DNA of 63,966 bases, the filler included, from a bacterium (GTDB lineage: Bacteria > JALSQH01), in the NCBI GenBank assembly GCA_026985515.1. It is 7 parts of 7 records of this genome, joined end to end, with 100 filler letters (N's around TTAATTAATTAA, not from the genome) between each part and the next. Parts side by side here need not be neighbours in the genome. Positions count along the whole stretch, not along the records: positions 27,752 to 40,950 come from JALSQH010000108.1; positions 41,051 to 54,218 come from JALSQH010000109.1; 5 more parts are not named here. One strand, 5' to 3'. Each line of letters begins with the position of its first letter. Positions within the stretch are counted from its first letter, which is position 1. The notes below the pieces were generated by a model. That model had not been told where the DNA came from, ran no database searches, and saw only the letters and a program-made list of their open reading frames with translations. The position numbers and the translations under genes were made by a program. Below, in pieces: positions 38,450 through 48,120 of this stretch.

Positions 38450-40187
38450 GATATTTCCTTGCAAAATAGTATTTGAGAAATCTGCCCACAATGGGTGCTG
38501 CAGCTGATCCTCCATGACCACCATGCTCAATAACAACTGCAACAACAATCTCAGGATCATCTGCCGGCGCAAAAGCCACAAACCATCCGTGATCTCTGTA
38601 CCAGAATTTCTCAAATTTCTTTCTCTTCTCCTCTTTTTTCTCCTTCACTACCTGAGCAGTTCCCGTTTTACCTGCAACAACGACATTTTTCAATCTGGCC
38701 CAGCCACCTGTCCCGTGGGGTTCATTCACAACACCCTCAAGAGCTGAAATAACAACATTGAAAAAATCCTTATCAATAGGCACATTCACATAATGGCTCC
38801 GGCTCATTTTTAAAACATGCAAAAATGGCATTTTCCCTCTCATTGCTATGGCAGAATAGGCTCTTGCAAGCTGGAGAGGTGAGACCAGGAGGTACCCCTG
38901 TCCTATGGCTACTGGGATTGTTTCTCCCGGATACCATGGTTGATGAAAAGTTTTCTTCTTCCATTCAGGTGTGGGTACAAGGCCAGTTCTCTCATCGGGA
39001 AGCTCAATTCCAGTTCTCTCTCCAAATCCAAACATAAAAGCATACCGGGCAATTCTGTCAATGCCAAGCATATCCCCAACAGTGTAAAAATACACATCAC
39101 ATGATTGAACAATTGCCTTGTGAAGATCAGTCCAGCCATGGCCATGCTTTTTCCAGCATCCAAAGGTATCTTTCCCCTTCCTGTATGATCCTGAGCAGAA
39201 GATTTTAAAATCCGGCGTGATAACACCCTCCTGCAGAGCTGCAAGTGCAACAATTGGTTTGAAAGTGGAACCTGGCGGATAAACTCCTCTTCTTACTCTG
39301 TCCTCCAGTGGATGAAGCGGGTCATAAACAAGTTCCTCCCACTCTTTCTCATCTATTCCCCTTGCAAATTTTTCCGGGTTGAACCATGGAGAACTGACCC
39401 AGGAGAGAATTTCTCCATTCCTGGGATCCACAGCTACAAGAGCACCCACCTTCCCTTCCATTAACCGCATTCCCTCATTCTGCAGAGCACTATCAATTGT
39501 CAGTTCAACTCTCTTCCCGGGCTTTGGGGGCACTCTCTTTAAAACTTTAAGCACTTTTCCCTGGGCATCCACGAGAATTTTTATGTAGCCCTCTTTACCC
39601 CTGAGATCCCTTTCCAGAAGCTTTTCTATGCCGGTCTTACCCACCCAGTCGCCATAATGGTAATCGAGACCATTTTTTCTGTACCTCTTCAATTCCCGCA
39701 AATTGATCTTACCTATGTAACCTATCAGGTGGGGAAGATAGGGTTTGTAATACGTTCTTCTGTACCATATCTGCACAACCAGTCCGGGATAAAAAACCCG
39801 GTGTGTTTCCACCCATCCGAGCATATCTCTCGGAATATCCTCCGCAATCTTTACCAGATCTATGCCACCTATTCTGTTTTTCTCAAAATTTTTCAGAAAA
39901 GGGTAATGAAGTTTTTTCTCAAGTTCAGATAAAAGCTTAACCGGTTCCTTAACCATTTTGAGATCGAGATAGAGATCGTACGCAGGCCTGTTGCCTGCAA
40001 GCAGGATACCATTTCTGTCAACAATCTCCCCCCGCATTGGAGGGATTCTTCTAATTTTAACGACGTTTCTCCTGCTGTACAATCTGTACTTCTCCATATT
40101 GTAAATTTGAAGATACCAGAACCTCAGAGCAATTAAAAGAAATAAAAAACCTGTTAAAAATCGGAGAATATTTAAACGCTTCTCCAT
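38436..40187 (-). CDS. mrdA: Penicillin-binding protein 2
   Basis: PGSTFK (SxxK), SCD, KTGT; lies between mreD and rodA. Confidence 0.95.
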   Translation of the reverse strand: MEKRLNILRFLTGFLFLLIALRFWYLQIYNMEKYRLYSRRNVVKIRRIPPMRGEIVDRNGILLAGNRPAYDLYLDLKMVKEPVKLLSELEKKLHYPFLKNFEKNRIGGIDLVKIAEDIPRDMLGWVETHRVFYPGLVVQIWYRRTYYKPYLPHLIGYIGKINLRELKRYRKNGLDYHYGDWVGKTGIEKLLERDLRGKEGYIKILVDAQGKVLKVLKRVPPKPGKRVELTIDSALQNEGMRLMEGKVGALVAVDPRNGEILSWVSSPWFNPEKFARGIDEKEWEELVYDPLHPLEDRVRRGVYPPGSTFKPIVALAALQEGVITPDFKIFCSGSYRKGKDTFGCWKKHGHGWTDLHKAIVQSCDVYFYTVGDMLGIDRIARYAFMFGFGERTGIELPDERTGLVPTPEWKKKTFHQPWYPGETIPVAIGQGYLLVSPLQLARAYSAIAMRGKMPFLHVLKMSRSHYVNVPIDKDFFNVVISALEGVVNEPHGTGGWARLKNVVVAGKTGTAQVVKEKKEEKRKKFEKFWYRDHGWFVAFAPADDPEIVVAVVIEHGGHGGSAAAPIVGRFLKYYFARKYHAEN

Positions 40188-40676
40188 CTATTTCACAAGC
40201 TCCACATACATTTTTCTTCTGAGAATTTGATCAAACAGCAGGAAAGCCCCTGTTCCTGCAAAGAGATTGAGAGCGGCAAAAATTAGATGATACGTGATTC
40301 CATAACCATCCGTACCACCTTCAATGAGCAGAATATATCCCCATAATAACCACCTCAGCACTTCCACCGACAGGAGATAGATAAAAACGAAAAGTAGAGA
40401 ATCAACATAGAAGAACAGCTTCGCAAGGGAAACTCCGCCCGCCACAAAAAGGGTCATCAGCAGATAAAAACCGGGAACAGGGGGAGATGAAAAGGTTTCA
40501 AGAAGAAAAATCTGGATAATGATGAGAACTATCTTTTCCGGATAGAATAAGATCAGGTACCACAGCATAAATTCAGGTATTGAAGGATAAATCGCAACAG
40601 GAAGATAGAGTGTGAGCAGAAAATGAAATATATAGGAGATCAGAATGATCAGAACAAGTGCACTATTTTGTTTCAT
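40188..40676 (-). CDS. mreD: MreD-like integral membrane protein
   Basis: 162 aa, multiple TM segments; position between mreC and mrdA (assigned mainly by synteny). Confidence 0.65.
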   Translation of the reverse strand: MKQNSALVLIILISYIFHFLLTLYLPVAIYPSIPEFMLWYLILFYPEKIVLIIIQIFLLETFSSPPVPGFYLLMTLFVAGGVSLAKLFFYVDSLLFVFIYLLSVEVLRWLLWGYILLIEGGTDGYGITYHLIFAALNLFAGTGAFLLFDQILRRKMYVELVK

Positions 40677-40950
40677 ACCTCTTCATCTCAGGTATAAAAA
40701 CGAATCTTACTTTGAAAAAATTTACCACAGGTTTTGCTTCAATTACGAAAAAAGGTTCTTCCTTCATCCTCCTTACAGAAACAGTTTTTGCAACTCCAAT
40801 ACCAGGAGGATAAACTCCGTCAAGTCCTGAAGTTATCCAGAGATCTCCCACCTTAACATCCTGATCAGATGTGACATACTTCACCTTTCCCAGCATACCC
40901 CCCTCTCCCTGAAAAACGCCTCTCACACCACTTCTTGCATCCATCACATC
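40663..40950 (-). CDS. mreC: MreC, C-terminal fragment
   Basis: VKVGD..ITSGLDGVYPPGI. Confidence 0.85.
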   Translation of the reverse strand, partial: DVMDARSGVRGVFQGEGGMLGKVKYVTSDQDVKVGDLWITSGLDGVYPPGIGVAKTVSVRRMKEEPFFVIEAKPVVNFFKVRFVFIPEMKRYETK

Positions 40951-41050
40951 NNNNNNNNNNNNNNNNNNNNNNNNNNNNNNNNNNNNNNNNNNNNTTAATT
41001 AATTAANNNNNNNNNNNNNNNNNNNNNNNNNNNNNNNNNNNNNNNNNNNN
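40951..41050. other. Artificial contig-join spacer
   Basis: N44-TTAATTAATTAA-N44. Confidence 0.97.
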
Positions 41051-41720
41051 CAAAGGAAAAAGCAAAATCCCCGACATAGTCCATTATTCCAGCCACGAGT
41101 CCTGCTTCCATCTTACTGTTAAACTCAGCCTTTGTGCCCTTTAAACCCTTACCAGTAATTTGCGTTTCTACATCCATTTCATTCCTTGCGAGAACATATA
41201 TATTTGCACCAAGACCAACTCTGAAATTCCTGTGCAACTTCACTCCAAACGATGGTACCACAATCATCTGAGGTCTGGAATACCTGAAAAATTGTGGAGA
41301 ATTGTCAAGAGAATCGTAGTACTGAAAAGGCACCGTAAAGAGAGAATCGGAACCAGTAACAATACCAAAAACTATCCTTTTCCCAAATTTTATGATATGG
41401 GTTACAGGGAAAGAAAAATTAACCACACCATAATTCACAGCTCCATTCCTGATATCAAAGTGAGAAGCTGAAAGTACAGGTAAAAAGTATACATAACTCA
41501 AACTTACCGATGCACTTTTTGCAAGAGTCAGTGAAGCAGGATTGTAATATGCGGCAGTCTCACTCTCGTAGAACCCAGGCATAACCTGGAGAGAAGCCAC
41601 TGAAACCGGGGAGATTCCAGCATCATTGGGCATATTCATGAAATTAGCAAAAAGATTATCAACGATAAAAAAGAACAGAGACGCAATTACCCATATTTCC
41701 CCTTTACCTTTCTGTACCAT
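41051..41720 (-). CDS. FadL/OmpP1-like outer-membrane hydrophobic-compound transporter (3' truncated)
   Basis: Signal-like N-terminus; AAYYNPASLT (FadL NPA motif); beta-strand pattern. Confidence 0.6.
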
Positions 41721-42688
41721 GCCACCGTCCTTTTTATTGCCTCATCAAAATCTACTATGGGGCTGTATCCCAGAAGCTTTTGAGCCTTTTTACTTGAAAA
41801 AACCAGATCATCCTTCATAAGTAACGCCCTGTATCTGGTAACAGGAGGCTCACCTTTTATCTTAAAAAGCAACCATATCTTTTCCATTATGGATGCTGCG
41901 ATACTGGCAACTGGATATGGAATGCTGAGCCAGGGATGTTTAACCCCAAGGGCATCGCAGAATTTTTCAATCAGTTCCTTCCATGTAACTATCCATGGGT
42001 CAGCGATTATGAATACTTCTCCAGAGGCTTTTTCATGTTTTCCTGCAAGTTCAAGACCGTGAACAAGATTCTCTACATAAGCGGTGGAAACCTTTGCCCT
42101 TCCACCATTCACATATGAAAAAGCCCCCTTTTCTAATGCTCTCGCAAGCTTATAGAAACTCGTAGTGTCATTTGGACCAAAGGGGAAAAGCCCTGGTCTT
42201 ATTATCACGCCTTCAATTTTTCCTTCACTGTGAAACTGGTTTACATAATCCTCGCCTTTTATCTTTGATCTTCCATAATAAAGATAAGATGGGCAATCCC
42301 TTGGAGCTGTTTCATCTGTACCCCTGTGGCCATTGTAAGCATGAACCGCGACAGAACTCATGTAAACAAATCTTTTTACTCCTGCCCTGGCGGAAGCCTC
42401 AAGCATATTCAGTGTTCCTCCAGCATTCACCCTCATAAAAAGTTCTTCCGGGCCCCAGTCAGAAGCAATGGCTGCAAGGTGAAAAACCACATCAACACCT
42501 TCCACAGCAGAAAGAAGGGTCTCAGGTTCTGTAATGTCACCATACACTATCTCAGTATCAAATCCCTCAATAAAATCAAGGGGTGTTCCTTTCAAAACCA
42601 TTGACCTGACTTTCCATCCCCTCTCAATCAAAATTTTAACAAGATTGCTCCCGATAAAACCATTGGCTCCAGTTACAAGTGCTAACAT
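41687..42688 (-). CDS. Extended SDR, 3-beta-hydroxysteroid dehydrogenase-like
   Basis: TGANGFIG, YGRSK, FGPND. Confidence 0.85.
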   Translation of the reverse strand: MLALVTGANGFIGSNLVKILIERGWKVRSMVLKGTPLDFIEGFDTEIVYGDITEPETLLSAVEGVDVVFHLAAIASDWGPEELFMRVNAGGTLNMLEASARAGVKRFVYMSSVAVHAYNGHRGTDETAPRDCPSYLYYGRSKIKGEDYVNQFHSEGKIEGVIIRPGLFPFGPNDTTSFYKLARALEKGAFSYVNGGRAKVSTAYVENLVHGLELAGKHEKASGEVFIIADPWIVTWKELIEKFCDALGVKHPWLSIPYPVASIAASIMEKIWLLFKIKGEPPVTRYRALLMKDDLVFSSKKAQKLLGYSPIVDFDEAIKRTVAWYRKVKGKYG

Positions 42689-42696
42689 TCTCCCTC

Positions 42697-43428
42697 CTAT
42701 TTAACAAGATGTATGTAACAGAACAATTCAGTCAGAGCCCCCACATACCAGTGGACCAGCAGAGAATATAAAATCGACCTGGTTCTCAATGCAACTGCAC
42801 CAAAAACAAGTCCAGCTATTATTGCAGAAATCATTTCTCCCTCAGGCTTACCTATGTGAACAACTGTGCTTGGAAGGGTTTGCATCATTATTATGAAAAA
42901 TGGGGCTATCCTTCCCACAAGAGAGAACTGCATAAATCCCCTAAAAAAGAACTCCCAGCCTATGTAATAAAATAGATAGAGAAATATCCAGAGAAAATAA
43001 TTTGATGCACTTCTACCCACCTCTTTCCATAGGGGATACTCCTTCAAAAAATCGGGAGAAGCTGCATTTATGTAGAGAGGAAGAGGAAGTAAAACGAAGC
43101 TCAGCAAAACAAAGTAAAAACCGAATCTCCTGCCTTCCCTGTCACCAAGGGTCAGTCCATAATCTTTAAGGCTCTTTTTAAAGTAAAACTTAACCACTCC
43201 CGCAGGTATAAGGAAAAAAAACACAAATGAGAAGAAAAACCTGTAAGCCTGACTGTAAAAATCTGGCTTTTCCCTGACCCAATCAACATTTCCCCAGTTG
43301 TGCAAAAAATATGAGGGATGACCCTGGTAGGCAAAAAGAACAAGGAGAAAACTGCTCAAAATAAGGGCAGTACCACTCTCTTTATCAATTCCTCTAAACT
43401 GCTCCCAGAACTTCTTCATCAGATCCAC
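42697..43428 (-). CDS. CPBP/Abi family intramembrane protease
   Basis: WEFFFRG, VVHIGKP, LLVH; multiple TM segments. Confidence 0.85.
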   Translation of the reverse strand: MDLMKKFWEQFRGIDKESGTALILSSFLLVLFAYQGHPSYFLHNWGNVDWVREKPDFYSQAYRFFFSFVFFFLIPAGVVKFYFKKSLKDYGLTLGDREGRRFGFYFVLLSFVLLPLPLYINAASPDFLKEYPLWKEVGRSASNYFLWIFLYLFYYIGWEFFFRGFMQFSLVGRIAPFFIIMMQTLPSTVVHIGKPEGEMISAIIAGLVFGAVALRTRSILYSLLVHWYVGALTELFCYIHLVK

Positions 43429-44402
43429 CCCTCTCTAAGATACCATTCATAAGTGATTTTCCCACCCTTTTTAATGGAATACTCTGGCTCATATCCAAGA
43501 ACACTTTTAGCCTTTTCAATGCTCATCATCCAGTTCGTCTGTTTAAGTTCTGACACCTTCTGCAGATTAAAAATCTGAGGTTTACCAGTCATTCTCATCT
43601 TTATTTCTGACATCATTGCAGCGGGATAGACAACCCATAGTGGAATTCTGAAGGAAATTACCTTCTTACCAATTGCTCTGGCTATTCTTTTAAAGGCCTC
43701 TATGGTTGAAATATTTTCCCTGTCACCAATATGAAAAACCTCCCCTGCTCCTTTTTCTGATTCAGCGGCGAGAATTATTCCCTTTACAAGATCTTTCACA
43801 AAAACGAAATTTGTCCATGTATCCTTTCCCACATCACTCACTATCCCATATTTCAGCATTCTGAAAACATCAAGCATCCCGTAATCTCTTGGACCATATA
43901 CTGGCGGAGGCCTCACTATGGTTATCGGAAAATATTTTTCAAAACTCTTTACCACTTTCTCTCCTGCCAGTTTACTCTCCCCATACCAGCTAACAGGATG
44001 CGGAGGTGTTTCTTCTGTGACAGGCTCCATATCTTTTCCAGGACCCACTGCTGCAAGGGAAGAAAGATAGAGAAACCTTTCGGGCGAAGCACCTGCCTTT
44101 ACCATCTGCTCAAGAAGTCTGCGGGTACCTCCTTCATTTACCCTGAAATAATCCTCCTTTTTAACACCCATGATGGCACCGGCAATATGATACACATAGT
44201 TACTCTTTTTAAGAATTTCTCTCAATTCACCAGAAAGCTCATTTCTGAGGTCCCCGTACACAAGTTTAACCTTCTTATCCTTCAACCACTGCAAGTTACT
44301 CGTTTTTCTGACAAGGGTATATACCTCATATTCCTTTTCAATAAGAGCATCAACAAGATGGCTCCCAACAAATCCGGTGGCACCTGTTACAAAAACTCTC
44401 AT
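43419..44402 (-). CDS. Extended SDR NAD-dependent epimerase/dehydratase
   Basis: TGATGFVG, YGESK, VYGPRD. Confidence 0.88.
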   Translation of the reverse strand: MRVFVTGATGFVGSHLVDALIEKEYEVYTLVRKTSNLQWLKDKKVKLVYGDLRNELSGELREILKKSNYVYHIAGAIMGVKKEDYFRVNEGGTRRLLEQMVKAGASPERFLYLSSLAAVGPGKDMEPVTEETPPHPVSWYGESKLAGEKVVKSFEKYFPITIVRPPPVYGPRDYGMLDVFRMLKYGIVSDVGKDTWTNFVFVKDLVKGIILAAESEKGAGEVFHIGDRENISTIEAFKRIARAIGKKVISFRIPLWVVYPAAMMSEIKMRMTGKPQIFNLQKVSELKQTNWMMSIEKAKSVLGYEPEYSIKKGGKITYEWYLREGWI

Positions 44403-44469
44403 ACACTTCCTCCGCCGCTTTTGAGAGAATTATAGCAGAAAACATTTAAATTGGAAAAATGAAAATTCA

Positions 44470-44498
44470 TTGACTCAGAAAATTTTTGAGTATAACAT
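44470..44498 (+). promoter_or_regulatory. sigma70 promoter overlapped by an operator-like near-palindrome
   Basis: TTGACT-N17-TAACAT; ACTCAGAAAATTTTTGAGT at 44473-44491. Confidence 0.45.
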
Positions 44499-44520
44499 TT
44501 AGTTAAGTCAGGAGGAAAAA

Positions 44521-45447
44521 ATGAAAATAGTCGTTACCGGGGCAGCGGGGTACATTGCTTCACTACTTATCCCGGAGCTTCTTAACCTCAGTGAAGTTGA
44601 GAAAGTCACCGGAGTTGATATTAAGCAACCGGATTTTACACATACTCGATTCACCTTCAGAAAAATAGATGTCAGAGACCCTGAAATCTCAAAGGTCTTC
44701 AGCGGACACGATTATCTGGTTCATCTTGCATTTATTGTCACTCCCAGAGGGAGTATCAGTGAAATTGATTCAATAAATATACTGGGTTCCAAAAATGTAT
44801 TTATTTCAGCTGTTCACGCAGGTATTAAACACATTTTTTACACAAGTTCCATTGCAGCTTATGGTGCAAGTCCTGAGCACAAACTTCCCTTAACTGAAGA
44901 TGCTCCTCTACGCCCCAACAAAGACTGGTACTACTCTCGCGCCAAAGGAGAAGTGGAATTTTTTATCCAGAGATTCAGAAAAGAGTTCCCGGAAATGAAA
45001 ATTACCATTTTCCGCCCTGCCATACTTCTCGGTCCCAGAATCAACAACCCGTTTGGAACTCTTCTTAAGCTTCCCATTCTACCTGATTTCGGCCTTGATA
45101 CCAGAATTGAATGGGTATACGACTCAGATGTCATAAATGCAATTGTTCTCGCAATAAAAAAGGGTAAGGAAGGAATTTTCAATCTGGGTGGAGATAACCC
45201 TCTGACAATAAAAGAGATAGCAGAAATAACGGGCAGGAAAACATTTCCTTTTAATTATAAGCTCGCCCTGAGGCTTTTAAAATATTCAGCCAGGTTAAAC
45301 TTGCTCCATGAAGGATACTATGAATGGGTTGACAAAGCGTTGAGATACACTCTCTGGATGGATTCTTCAAAGGCAAAGAGAGAACTGGGATGGCAACCAG
45401 AGTTTGACTCAGCCGGTGCAATTAAAAAGTTTCTTGGTATTAACTGA
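44521..45447 (+). CDS. Extended SDR NAD-dependent epimerase/dehydratase
   Basis: TGAAGYIA, SSIAAYG, YSRAK. Confidence 0.85.
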   Translation: MKIVVTGAAGYIASLLIPELLNLSEVEKVTGVDIKQPDFTHTRFTFRKIDVRDPEISKVFSGHDYLVHLAFIVTPRGSISEIDSINILGSKNVFISAVHAGIKHIFYTSSIAAYGASPEHKLPLTEDAPLRPNKDWYYSRAKGEVEFFIQRFRKEFPEMKITIFRPAILLGPRINNPFGTLLKLPILPDFGLDTRIEWVYDSDVINAIVLAIKKGKEGIFNLGGDNPLTIKEIAEITGRKTFPFNYKLALRLLKYSARLNLLHEGYYEWVDKALRYTLWMDSSKAKRELGWQPEFDSAGAIKKFLGIN

Positions 45448-45462
45448 CTTCAGGGGGAAGGT

Positions 45463-46616
45463 ATGGTTGATTACTTTGAAATATTTTCAGATCTATCCAC
45501 AGAGGAAAAAATCGCCTGGGAAACTGCAAGAAGATTTGTTGATGAAAGGGTCATTCCCATTATCAGTGAATACTTTGAAAATTACCAGTTACCCATTCAT
45601 CTTGTTGAAGAAATGGGAAAACTTGGATTTCTGGGAATAAATCTACCTGTAGAATATGGTTGTCCTGGATTGAACAACATGGCTTACGGTCTTGTGATGA
45701 TGGAACTTGAAAGGGAGACAGTGGACTCAGGAGTTTCGCCTCTGTACAGAGCAGTCTCGTTATGTATCCAATTTACACATTTGGAACAGAGGAACAGAAA
45801 AGGAAGTGGTTACCATTACTTGCACAGGGAAAGGCAATAGGATGTTTCGGCCTCACCGAACCCGATTTCGGTTCAGATGCTGGCGGTATTCAAACAAAGG
45901 CTGTGAAAGATGGAAACCGCTATATTCTCAATGGCACAAAAATGTGGATAACAAATGGTTCCATTGCAGATATAGCTATCGTCTGGGCAAAATTAGATGG
46001 TGAAATAAGAGCATTTATCGTGGAAAAAGGCACAAAAGGGTTTTATGCAACGGACATAAAAAGGAAAATGTCATTGAGAGCCTCGGTTACATCTGAATTG
46101 CACTTTGAAGATTGCGCTGTACCTGAGGAAAACATCCTGCCAGGTGCAAAAGGATTAAAATCAGCCCTGATGTGTCTCAATCAGGCAAGATACAGTATTG
46201 CCTGGGGAGCCATTGGCTCAGCAGTTGCATCCTACGAAGCAGCCCTTCAATATGCAAGGGAAAGAATCCAGTTCGGGAAACCCATCGCCTCCTTTCAGCT
46301 TGTCCAGAAAAAACTTGTATGGATGCTAACGGAAATAACAAAAGCTCAACTGATGATGTACCATCTTGCACGCTTAAAAGATGAAGGCAGGATCAAACAT
46401 ACCCAGATTTCAATGGCAAAGATGAACAATGTCAGTATGGCTCTTGAAATAGCAAGAGTGGCACGGGACATTCATGGAGCCAATGGAATCACCCTTGACT
46501 ATCCACCGATACGACATCTTCTGAACATGGAAGCTGTAAACACTTATGAAGGAACATATGATATTCAAACTCTTATAATAGGAAGAGACATAACAGGGTT
46601 CCAGGCCTTCAGGTAG
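45463..46616 (+). pseudogene. gcdH: Glutaryl-CoA dehydrogenase-like acyl-CoA dehydrogenase split by a 1-nt deletion (pseudogene or assembly error)
   Basis: Adding one G to GGG at 45713-45715 restores MELERGDSGLRSFASVQSSLVMYPI; also GCFGLTEPDFGSD and TYEGT. Confidence 0.8.
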
Positions 46617-46715
46617 CTATCTTTTCCAAATCTACCTGCAATCAATAAAAGCTGTTTCCCAATAATCCAAATTTAGCAAATAGAATTATCTCACTTACCA
46701 GCAAGATTGAAAATA

Positions 46716-46738
46716 TGTCACCGGGTGACAAAATGTCA
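46716..46738. promoter_or_regulatory. Overlapping TGTCA/TGACA dyads (candidate enhancer-binding-protein site)
   Basis: TGTCA-CCGGG-TGACA-AAA-TGTCA, upstream of a sigma54 motif. Confidence 0.5.
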
Positions 46739-46780
46739 AAACTGGAAGGCCATAATTGATGATTTTAATCAACCTCCTCA

Positions 46781-46797
46781 GGGCACATTTTTTGCAT
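46781..46797 (+). promoter_or_regulatory. sigma54 (-24/-12) promoter
   Basis: GGGCACATTTTTTGCAT has exact GG-N10-GC spacing and GGCAC...TTGCA. Confidence 0.65.
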
Positions 46798-46806
46798 AAT
46801 AACTCA

Positions 46807-46868
46807 GGAATTATGCCTATGTTACCCCCTGAGTGAGAGGAAGGGAGCTTTTCCCTTCCTCACTTTTC
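46807..46868 (+). ncRNA. Candidate sigma54-dependent small RNA of about 60 nt
   Basis: Promoter followed by terminator GTGA(GA)GGAAGGGA-GCTTT-TCCCTTCCTCAC-TTTT; no plus-strand gene downstream. Confidence 0.45.
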
Positions 46869-48005
46869 TAAAACCGGAAATCTGGCTTTAAAAAGTGGTT
46901 TCAATCGGTACTTTCTCGTACCAACTCCAAATTCTTCCGCGTATCTCAGCTGAATATCCCACTCAATCTCTGGATGAAGCGATCTGAATTTATCTTTACC
47001 CCTTTTCTCAGGTGGAAAGTATGTATCTTCTCTCCAGGGTGCAGCGTTCACAAGATCAACTGATGCCTGATCTATGGCAACGGGGTCCTGAGATGCAAGT
47101 ATTCCAATATCATTCACGATGGGTATATCTGAATGATTGACACAATCACAGAGAGGTGATACATTTTTTATGAAATTCACAAAAAGAATTTTCCCCTTTT
47201 TATTGCTCATCACGCCTGCAACATGTTCTATAAGTTTCTCCTGAATTACGGCCTGATCCGCATTCCAGTTAATCTTCACTGCGTTTTCTGGACACGCCGC
47301 GATACAATCGGCACAGCCTATGCACTTTTCAGAATTTATCACTGCAACTTTGTTAACAAGAGTTATTGCTTCAACAGGGCATGCTGTAACGCAGATCCCG
47401 CATCCGGTGCATTTTTTTTCCTTCACATATGGAGCAACTGTTGAATGCATGCTTAACTTACTTTCACGAATGCTGCACCCCATTCCAAGATTTTTCAGAG
47501 CTCCACCAAAACCAAACACTTCATGACCCTTAAAATGGGAGAGAACAATCATGGCATCAGCTTCATAAATTGCAGATGCTATTTTCACCTCTTTATAATA
47601 CTTCCCGTTCACCTCAACCTTAACATGATCATGTCCCCTCAACCCATCAGCAATGATCACTGGAGCACCAGTATTGATAGTTGCAAAACCGTGTCTCTCT
47701 GCCAGAAGGTGATGATCAACGGCATTTGTCCTCTGACCTTTGTAGAGAGTGTTCGTATCAGTTAAAAAAGGATTTCCACCAAGTTCCTTTACATATGAAA
47801 CAACAGCTGACGCAAAGAGAGGAGATATAAAACCCGTGTTCCCCTCTTCACCAAAGTGTACTTTAATGGCAACAAGATTACCACTTTCAACAATCTTCTC
47901 TATTCCAGCCTCTCTCAACAATCTCCTGAATTTTTTAAAAAGGTTGACAGAATAGGAGGCATGAAAATCTATTCCATAGACGTCAGCTACTTTTTCGTTA
48001 TTCAT
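46860..48005 (-). CDS. DUF362 domain protein with 2x[4Fe-4S] ferredoxin domain
   Basis: KVHFGE.GN, DTNTLY, SHFKGH, two CxxCxxCxxxCP, CDC, DPVAIDQA. Confidence 0.88.
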   Translation of the reverse strand: MNNEKVADVYGIDFHASYSVNLFKKFRRLLREAGIEKIVESGNLVAIKVHFGEEGNTGFISPLFASAVVSYVKELGGNPFLTDTNTLYKGQRTNAVDHHLLAERHGFATINTGAPVIIADGLRGHDHVKVEVNGKYYKEVKIASAIYEADAMIVLSHFKGHEVFGFGGALKNLGMGCSIRESKLSMHSTVAPYVKEKKCTGCGICVTACPVEAITLVNKVAVINSEKCIGCADCIAACPENAVKINWNADQAVIQEKLIEHVAGVMSNKKGKILFVNFIKNVSPLCDCVNHSDIPIVNDIGILASQDPVAIDQASVDLVNAAPWREDTYFPPEKRGKDKFRSLHPEIEWDIQLRYAEEFGVGTRKYRLKPLFKARFPVLEK

Positions 48006-48075
48006 TCGCGACTCCTTTTTATTTCAATATTATAACCAATCTCCGTCTTCTCACCACAATAATCATTTATCAACA

Positions 48076-48093
48076 TTTACCACATGTGGTAAA
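48076..48093. promoter_or_regulatory. Perfect 18-bp palindrome (operator candidate)
   Basis: TTTACCACATGTGGTAAA, just upstream of TATACT (48096-48101), between divergent genes. Confidence 0.55.
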
Positions 48094-48120
48094 ATTATAC
48101 TACACACACTGGAGGAACAG

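Noticed and set aside
38450-38614. N-terminal extension of RodA in the ORF track
   Set aside because: It lies inside mrdA; RodA-like sequence starts at ATG 38449.
45705-45720. Programmed -1 frameshift in gcdH
   Set aside because: No in-frame slippery heptamer or clear stimulator, and no precedent that I know of for this family.
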